DNA from: the human T2T-CHM13v2.0 reference genome, Homo sapiens
Strand: one strand, 5' to 3'
Assembly: GCF_009914755.1 (NCBI RefSeq)
Contig: NC_060927.1
Length of the DNA: 64,000 nt
A model generated the notes under the pieces. The model worked only from the letters and a program-made list of their open reading frames with translations, did not search any database and was not told where the DNA came from. Numbering within the stretch: the first letter of the stretch is position 1; each line of letters starts with the position of its first letter. Below are positions 54,007 through 64,000 of the stretch, one piece after another. The translations under genes were made by a program, and so were the position numbers.

Positions 54007-54907
54007 TTGAAAAAAACAGAGAAGAAAAATAGCAACTTGGGGTAGTGAATGATGACAAACAGGAAGCAAAGTGAGTGATAGAAATAACAATCATGAAGCT
54101 TTACCAAACATCCCCATCATAGATGTCAAGATAAGGCTTATACAGAAAGTAAATAAAACAGCTTACTCTTAGATAATATAGTGATTTCATTTATACTCAA
54201 TGGAAATATTCCATCAAGAAATGTGCCAAATCTAGATACTTTGTCATATTATTAGAAATGTCGATATTGCAACTAGAAGATGTTGGATAGGAGGCAGGAC
54301 TAGCTTGTGGCTCCCACTCAGACAGACAGAGCAGTGTGTGGAGATTCATTGTGAACCATTGCTCCAAGAACTACAGCAGGAACATACCAGGAAAGCAGAG
54401 AGAATCCACAGACCCTTTGAAGGAACTGTATCACTGCTGCAGGCTCCATGAGATGCTGAAAAACTGTGAGTCAGCTTGCTTTCTCAATGGGGAGTCTCGT
54501 GGTTTGGGGCAAATTCTCAGCCCTGGTCACCTGCTGCATAGAAATAGACTCGGTGCTGTTGGTGGGGCATGGTGGGAGTGAGACCGGCCTTTAGGTGTGC
54601 AGGCTGCATGGGAGCGGGGTGTGGCCCGTGACTGCTGGCTTTCTCCCACTTCCTTGGAGACCTGTATGACTCAGCAGAGGCAGCCATAATCCCCCTTGGA
54701 ATGTAACTCCATTGGAGTTATAACTGCACCCCCATCCCCCATGGCAGCCACAGCAAGCTCTGCCCAGGAGAGGCTGAGTTCAGACACGTCTATCCCTGCC
54801 CCTACCTAGTGGTCATCCTCTGCCTGCCCAGGTAGCCAAAGACAAAGATCATAATCTCCTGGGAGCCCTATAGCCCTGCCCACCGTCTGAGAAACCTGAA
54901 TACTTAA

Positions 54908-55270
<363 letters not shown>

Positions 55271-57018
55271 TGATGTGCTCTTGAAAGCATCACCTTCTGG
55301 CTGGAGGCCAACAAACACAAAATCAGTGCACTAAATAAAAACACAACCAGGGACCCTTATGGTGTCCACTTCACTCCCCTGATACCTTCACCGGAGCAGG
55401 CTGCGAGACCTGAAAACGGATCACATCACAAGACTCATTGCAGACACTCCCCAGTACCAGCCTAAGCTGGTAGCTCCACTGGGTTGCCAGACCTAGAAGA
55501 GCAAAAACAATCATGACGGTTTGGCTCTCAGGAAGCCCCACTCCTAGGAGAAGGGGGAGAACACCACATCAAGGGAGCACCCTGTGGGACAAAAGAATCT
55601 GAACAACAGCCCTTGAATCCCAGATCTGCCATCTGACATAGTCTACACCAACGAAAAGGAATCAGAAAAACAATTCTGGTAATACGACAAAAGAGGTTTC
55701 TTCAACACCCCAAAAAGATCATATCAGCTCACCAGCAATGGATCCAAACCAAGACAAAATTCTCTGAATTGCCAGAAAAAGAATTTAGAAGGTTGATTAT
55801 TAAGCTAATCCAGGAGCCACCAGAGAAAAGTGAAGTCCAACTTAATGAAATAAAAAACATGATACAGGATATGAAAGGAAAATTCTTCAGTGAAATAGAT
55901 AGCATAAATAAAAAACAATCACAACTTCTAGAAATCAAGGACACACTTAGAGAAATGCAAAATGTACTAGAAAGTATCAGCAATAGAATTGAACAAGCAG
56001 AAGACGGAACTTCAGAGCTCAAAGACAAGTCTTTTGAATTAACCCAATCTGTCAAAAACAAAGAAAAAGAATGGAAAAAAAATGAACAAAGCCTCGAAGA
56101 AGTTTGGGACTATGTTCAACATCCAAACCTAAGAATAATTGGTGATCCTGAGGAAGAAGAGAAATCTAAAAGTATTGAAAACATATTTGAGGGAATAATT
56201 AAGGAAAACTTCCCTGGAATTGCTAGAGATCTAGACATCCAAAGATGAGAAGCTCAAAGAACACCTGGGAAATTCGTTGCAAAAAGATCATTGACTAGGC
56301 ATGTAGTCATCGTTATCTAGTCAAGACAAAAGAAAGAATCTTAAGAGCTGTGAGGCAAAAGCATCAGGTAACCTACAAAGGAAAACCTATCAGATTAACA
56401 GCACATTTCTCAGCAGAAACCCTACAAGGTAGAAGGGATTGGGGTCCTATTTTTAGCCTCCTAAACAAAACAATTATCAGCCAAGAATTTTGTATCCAGT
56501 GAAACTAAGCTTCATAAATGAAGGAAAGATACAGTTGTTTCCAGACAAACAAATGCTAAGAGAATTTGCCACTACCAAGCCAGCACTACAAAAACTGCTA
56601 AAAGGAGCTCTAAATCCTGAAACAAATCCTCAATATACACAAAATAGAACCTCCCTAAAGCATAAATCTCACAGGACCTATATAACAATAACACAATGAA
56701 AAAAAAAACAAGGTATTTAGGAAAAAAAATAGCACGATGAATAGAATGGTACCTCATATCTCAATACTAACATTGAATGTAAATGACCTAAATGCTCCAC
56801 TTAAAAGATGCAGAATGACAGAATGGATAAGAAGTCACCAACCAAGTTTCTGCTATCTTCAGGAGACTCACCTAACACATAATGATTCACATAAACTTAT
56901 GATAAAGGTGTGGAAAAAGATATTCCGCAAATGGACGCTAAAAGCAAGCAGGATTAGCTGTTCTTATGTCAGACGAAACAAACTTTAAAGCAACAGCAGT
57001 TAAAAAAGACAAAGAGGG

Positions 57019-57325
<307 letters not shown>

Positions 57326-57892
57326 GACAAAGAGGGACATTATATAATGATAAAAGGACTAGACCAACAGGAAAATACCCCAATTCTAAATACATATGCA
57401 CCTAAGAGTTCTCAAATTTATAAAACAATTACTACCAGACCTAAGAAATGAGATCGATGACAACACAATAATAGTGACGGACTTTAATACTCCACTGACA
57501 GCACCAGACAGGTCATCAAGACAGAACGTCAACAAAGACACAATGGACTTAAACTATACTTTATAACAAATGGACTTAACAGATATTTACAGAACATTCT
57601 ACCCAACAACTGCAGAATATACATTCTATTCATCAGCACATGGAACATTCTCCAAGACAGATGATATAATAGGCCACAAAACAAGTCTCAGTAAATTTAA
57701 GAAAACCAAAATTATATCATGTACTCTCTCAGACCACAGTGGAGTAAAATTGGAAATCAATTCCAAAGGGAACCCTCAAAGCCATGCAAATACATGGAAA
57801 TTAAATAACTTGCTCCTCCATGATCATTGCATCAACAATAAAATCAAGATGGAAATTTAAAAATTCATTTAATTGAATGATAATAGTGACAC

Positions 57893-58527
57893 TGTTCCCG
57901 GACCAAACTGAGGGTTGGGCTGTTATTTCTCACAGCCCCATAATGAGATGCAGATAAACTGGGGAGGAAGAGAGTTTTTATTTCTGTAACCGGTTACAGG
58001 GAGAAGACCTGGAAATTATCACTAGACCAATTCAAAATTATAAAGTTTTCCAGAGCTTATATACTTTCTAGGCTATATGTCTATGTGTAAGTGTGCATTC
58101 GCCTAAAGACACAGTGATCAACTTCTTTTAATCTGTAACTAAGGTCTGAGTCCTGAAGACCTTGCTCTGGAGCCTCAGTAAATGTCTTACTTAATCTACA
58201 TGGGTCCAGATACTGGGGTAATTACCCTTATCTTGTCTCCTGCTAAATCATGGAGGTTTGAGGAGTTCTTCAGACCCCCAATAAACTTGTTTGTGGAGGT
58301 CTGGGAAGTTTCTTTAGACCCACAATAAAACTTTAGTCCTAAATGGGTCCTATTAAGAATTCCTTCGTTATTTTGTCATGCTTTAAGGCCCAGGAAAGGC
58401 CTAGGCAAAACTCCTGATGGGCTTTTTGTTACATCCCAGCCATTGTATAAGGGCACTGGCTTTTAATATTTAACTTAACCACTCAGTCAATACTGAAACA
58501 GCTGTTAGTGAGAGCTGACCTACCACA
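57893..58527 (-). mobile_element. Solo ERV LTR (ERV1-class by its 4-bp TSD) inserted in L1 ORF2
   Basis: 635 bp with TG...CA termini and TSD acac (57889-57892 / 58528-58531) interrupting L1 gtgacac^aacctatc. On the - strand, TATATAAG (58056-58063) lies upstream of AATAAA (57977-57982). Confidence 0.85.
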
Positions 58528-61500
58528 ACACAACCTATCAAAACCTCCGGGAAACAGCAAAAGTGGTGCTAAGAGGAAAGTTCATAGCATTAAATGCCTA
58601 CATTGGAAAGTTTGAAAAAGCACAAATAGACAATCTAAAGTCACACCTTATGGAACTGGAGGAACAAAAACAATCCAAATTCAAACTCAGCCGAAGAAAA
58701 GAAATAACTAAGATCAGAACACAACTAAATGAAATTTAAACGACAACAACAACAAAAAACAATAAAAAGATAAATGAAAAAAAAAAACTGGTTCTTTGAA
58801 AAGGTAAATAAAACTGATAGATCATTAGCAAGATTAACCAAGAAAAGGAGACAGAAAATCCAAATAAGCTCAATTACAAATGAAACGGGAGATATTGCAA
58901 CTGACACCACAGAAATACAAAAGGTCATTCAAGACGACTATGAACACCTTTACGCACATAAACTAGAAAATGTAGAGGAGACGAATAAATTCCTGGAAAC
59001 ATACAACCCTCCTATATTAAACCAGGAAGATACAGAATCTCTGAACAGACCAATAACAAGCAACAAGACTGAAATGGTAATAAAAAGAAAATGCCAACAA
59101 AAAAAAGTCCAGGACCAGATGGATTCACAGCTGAATTCTATTAGACATTCAAAGAATTGGCACCAATCCTAATGACACTATTCCAAAAGATAGAGAAAGA
59201 GGGAATCCTCCCTAAATCCTTCTGTGAAGTCACTATCACCCTAATACCAAAACCAGAGAAGGACATAACAACAACAGCAACAACAACAAAAAAAAAACAA
59301 CAGATCAGTATCCCTAATGAACATAGATGCAAAAATCCTAAACAAAATGCTAGCAAACCAATTCCAACAGCATATCAAAAAGATAGTCCACCAAGATTAA
59401 GTGGGTTTCATACCAGGGATGCAGGGATTGTTTAACATACATAAGTCAATAGATGCGATACACCACATAAACAGAATTAACAACAAAAATCACATGATCA
59501 TCTCAATAGATGCAGAAAAGGCATTTGACAAAATTCAGTATCCCTTTATTATTAAAGCCCTCAGCAAAATTGGCAGAGAAGGGATATACCTTAAGGTAAT
59601 GAAAGCCATCTATGACAAACCCACAGCCAACATCATACTGAATGGGAAAAGTTGAAAGCATTCCCCCAGATAACTGGAACAAGATAAGGATGCCCACTTT
59701 CACCACTTCTTTTCAACACAATACTGGAAGTCCTATTCAGAGCAATCAGATAAGAGAAAGAAATAAAGGGCATCCGAAGAGGAAGTCAAACTGTCACTGT
59801 GTGCTGATGATATGGTTATATATCTAGAAAATCCTAAAGACTTATTAAGATCCTAGAACTGGTAAATGAATTCAGCAAAGTTTCAGGACACAAAATTAAT
59901 GTACACAAATCAGTAGCTCTGCTATATACTAACAGTGACTAGGCTGAGAATCAAATCAAGAACTCAACCTGATTTACAATAGCTGCAAAAAATAAAATAA
60001 AATGCTTAAGAATATACCTAACTAAGGACGTGAAAGACCTTACAAAGAAAACTACAAAACACTGCTGAAAGAAATAATACATGACACAAACAAATGAAAA
60101 CACACCCCATGCTCATGGTTGGGTAGAAACAATATGGTGAAAATGACCATACTGCCAAAAGCAATTTACAAATTCAATGCAATTCCCATCAAAAATACCA
60201 CCATTATTCTTCACAGAACTAGAAAAAAAAAACTTAAAAGTCATATGAAACAAAAAAAGAGCCCACATAGCCAAAGCAAAAAGAACAAATCTGGAGGCAT
60301 CACATTACCCTACTTCAAACTGTACTATAAGGCCATAGTCACCAAAACAGCATGATACGGGTATAAAAATAGGCACATAGAACAATGGAACAGAATAGAA
60401 AACCCAGAAATAAACCCAAATATTTACATCCAACTGATCTTTGACAGAGCAAACAAAAACATAAGGTGGGGAAAGGACACCCTATTCAACAAATGGTGCT
60501 GGGATAATTGGCAAGCCACATGTAGAAGAATGAAACTGGATTCTCCTCTTACCTTATACAAAAATCAACTCAAGATGGATCAAAGACTTAAATCTAAGAC
60601 CTGAATCTATACAGATTCTACAAGGTAACATAAGAAAAACCTCTCTAGACATTGAGTTAGGCAAAGACATCAAGACCAAGAATCCAAAAGCAAATGCAAC
60701 AAAAACAAAGGTAAATAGTTGGTACTTAATTAAACTAAAAAGCTTTTGCACAGCAAAAGGAACAGTCAGCAGAGTAAACAGACAACCCACTGAGTAGGAG
60801 AAACTCTTCACAATCTGTACATCTGACAAAGGACTAATATCCAGAATCTACAAAGAATTCAAATAAATCAGCAAGAAAAAAAACAATTCCATCAAAAAGC
60901 GGGCTAAGGAGATGAATAGATAATTCTCAAAAGAAGATGTACAATTGACCAATGAGCATAAGGAAAAAAGCTCAACATCACTAATTATCAGGGAAATGCA
61001 AATCAAAACCACAGTGCAGTACCACCTCACTCCTGAAGAATGACCATAATCAAAAAATTAAAAAATAATTGATGTTGGAATGGATGCAGTGAAAAGGGAA
61101 CAGTTTTATGCTGTTGGAGGGAATGTAAACTAGTACAACCACTATGGAAAAACAATGTGGAGATTCCTTAAAAACTAAAAGTAGATCTACTATTTGATCC
61201 AGCAATCCCGCCACTAGGTATCTACCCAGAGGAAAAGAAGTCATATGAAAAAGATACTTGCACATGCATGTTTATAGCAGCACAATTTACAATTGCAAAA
61301 ATATGGGACCAGTTCAAATGTCCATCAGTCAATGAGTGGATAAAGAAAATGTGACATATATATATATACACACACACCATGGAATGCTACTCAGCCATAA
61401 AAAGGAAGGAAATAATGATATTCACAGCAACCTGTATAGAATTGGAGACTATCATTCGAAGTTAAGTAACTCAAGAATGGAAAACCAAGCATCATATATT

Positions 61501-61844
61501 TTCACTCATATGTGGGAGCTAAGCTATAAGGGTGCAAAGGCATAAGAATGACGCATTGGACTTTGGTGACTCAGGAGAAAGGCTGGGGAATGGCAAGGGA
61601 TAAAGGATGACACATTAGGTACAGTGTACACTGCTCAGGTGATGGGCACAGCAAACTCTCAGAAATCACCACTGAACAACTTACTCATGTAACCAAACAC
61701 CACCTGTTCCCCAAAACCTATAGAAATTAAAAAAAAATTAAAAAGAAAAGAAATTTCCTGTCCTAACAATCAATGAATTATTTTATCATATATTGCCAAT
61801 AGGAGCTAAACAACGAGTTTGGGCCAGATTGATCTGTATTTTCT

Positions 61845-62105
61845 AATATACTTTATTTTTTAGAGATGTTTTATATTCACACCAAAATTCAACAAAAGGT
61901 ACAAAAATTTCCTATATATCCCCTTTTGCAACATGTGCATAGCCTTCTCCATTATCAACATGCTCCATGAGAGAGGTACTTTGTTACAACTGATGACCCC
62001 AGCGTTGACACATTATTATCACCCATGATCCATAGCTTACATTAGGGTTCACGCTTGCTGTTGTACATTCTGTGAGTTTGGGAAAATGTGTCATGACATT
62101 TATTC
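61845..62105 (-). mobile_element. Old L1M (L1MC-like) 3' end fragment
   Basis: cattattatcaccc...tccatagcttacattagggttcac...gttgtacattct is typical of L1MC 3' UTRs. Confidence 0.6.
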
Positions 62106-62449
62106 CTATCTTTAAAAATAGGAGTACCAACCGGAACTTGAATTTGGCCCTTGTATCTTTACAGTGCTGGTTTTATTTTACTCTCATAGTCATCTTTTGA
62201 TGCTGTAACAGAACCACCTGACTACCCATACTATTTGTAGGTTGTCTCCAAGATTGCCAATATGGGTCACCCAGAATTAGCACAATGGGAAAGGCAGGTT
62301 GGCTAGGCCACCTTAATAACCACAAAGACAAATTGTCTTAAATTAGAGGAAAAAAGGTAGTGTCTACCAAGACATCTACCGTAAAATCTATCTGAAAATT
62401 AGAATTGGTTTAAGGTGAAGTAAGTCAGAAGAGTTAATGTCCATTTCTT

Positions 62450-62554
62450 GTTCATGTACGTGTGTATGTTTGAGTCTTTATGTAGTACCACTCTGAGTGT
62501 TTATGTAGTTATGTGGTACTACATAAATACTCAAACATATACACATACATGAAC
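62450..62554. repeat. Inverted repeat, 42-bp arms and 21-nt spacer
   Basis: 62450-62491 versus the reverse complement of 62513-62554: 39 of 42 identical. Confidence 0.95.
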
Positions 62555-63387
62555 CACCATGTAATACCACCGTATTGTCTGTATCTCCGGGGATATAGGC
62601 TTTGCTAACTTGTTTTATGATCCACTGTTGATACATTTGTAAATCTAAATGCTAACTCATTTATTCTGTTTACCTTTCCGAGGCAGGCAGGTTCAATTGA
62701 CTTAACAGCAGGCTAGCAACTCAGAGACTGTGAAATCTAATCACATTTTGACCCATTCTTAAATTGCTTCATCTGTGAAAAAATGTTTGATGAATGCAGT
62801 ACTCTCTTGTGAGGGTTTGTATGAAGAATAAATATTAGAAATGATTGTGGGGCACTTTGAAAATAAAAATTGTTATGAAATGATAATTATATTCAAAACA
62901 CCCTTTGACATCAACTTACAGAGGAAAAAGTGTAATTTTTCCCATTGTAGACCTTTTTAAGGAATTCCATATTTGGTTTATCCCTAGAATTTTCTATACT
63001 TGTGTATACCATACTTCTCCTAACCCATTAATGGAGTTGTTAAACATCATATAATATTGAAAGATATTTCTATTAGATGAGCTTTCAATTATTAATGGTA
63101 ATGGAAGAACATTAATGCAGCTCTTACAACATGACAGACTGTCAGAAAGATCTCAGGAATAGTGAAGGGCCAGAGATCCTAGAGTCCCTGATCTGTATAA
63201 ATTTGCTGCAGTATCTTTATAAAGTGGATAATAATTGTGTTAGAGATCATTTGATCAGGGAGAACCCAGCTCAACTGTGCAATTCAGAAGAGCTGGGAGT
63301 TAGGAGGAGGTTATCCTCAATATATTAAGGCATTCCAGTTCACTTCTGGATGTCCCACTTGGTAAAAGAAAGTACATTTTTCATTGC

Positions 63388-63505
63388 ATAGTAGCAGCAT
63401 CCACAGCAGCAGAAGTAGCAGTAGAAATAGCAGTAGCAGTGATAGTAGCAGTGGAAGTGGTAGTAGTAGCAGCAGCAGCAGCTGGGATAATAGGAATAGT
63501 AACAA
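63388..63505. repeat. Degenerate (AGC/AGT)n triplet tract next to a MIR-like end
   Basis: agcagtagcagtgatagtagcagtgg...agcagcagcagc, followed by tagctaacattttatt...actatgtggcaggcactgttctaa. Confidence 0.8.
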
Positions 63506-64000
63506 TGGCATCAGGAGCATTAGCTAACATTTTATTAACTGTTACTATGTGGCAGGCACTGTTCTAACCTCTTTACACGTTTCCATTCATTTAATTTTCA
63601 TAACGCTCTTTGTAACACGGGTAATTCCCATCTTAGGGAATACTGTCTATGAGAATATTATTCATCAAAAATGAGCAAAGGGACAAAGGGAGAATAGATA
63701 TGCAGTGCTCAAAGTTTAGAGATGCTGTGTAGTCATTTGAAGAGAGCTGAACAGGACTTCTTCCAGCCTAAAAGACAACAGAAATCCTCAGGTGACTAGG
63801 CACCTGCTGCCATAGATAGCTTCTGATGTTGGAGAGAACACAGAGAAAGCTCTACAGTCCTCTGTGTTTAGGATCCCATAACCTAGAAAAGAAGTATAAC
63901 CTAAAATTAAGGAGGAGAATATTTTTATTCTAAAGATGAAAAGTATAAGAAATGATTTAATCACATATAAAAAATTTATGTTGTAAACAGGAGCAAAGGC

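Noticed and set aside
63317-63520. Poly-Leu ORF resembling a signal or transmembrane peptide
   Set aside because: Translation of a degenerate triplet repeat on the antisense strand; no splice or promoter context.

Overview
Human (or very close hominid) genomic DNA covering the 5' end of ALCAM (CD166, an Ig-superfamily adhesion molecule) on the + strand. It contains about 18.4 kb of upstream sequence with an orphan CpG-rich island at ~5.6-6.3 kb, the TATA-less CpG-island promoter, and exon 1 (ATG at 19437, signal peptide MESKGASSCRLLFCLLISATVFRPG, donor at 19510). The remaining ~44.5 kb is the start of the very long intron 1; exon 2 was not seen. The rest is AT-rich and full of transposon relics: Alus, two antisense 5'-truncated L1PA copies with clear target-site duplications (TSDs), a full-length sense L1PB carrying two nested Alus and a solo LTR, and old MIR/L2/MER/MLT fragments. 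Nearly all other ORFs in the track are chance, Alu-derived or L1-derived. I see no new multi-gene system. The best leads are RNA-level or regulatory: a 42-bp-arm pre-miRNA-like hairpin, a strong in-frame alternative exon-1 donor, a single uORF, a candidate recursive splice site, and a perfect 55-bp duplication that doubles a palindromic SMAD element. Repeat subfamily calls and literature links come from memory and need RepeatMasker or database confirmation.
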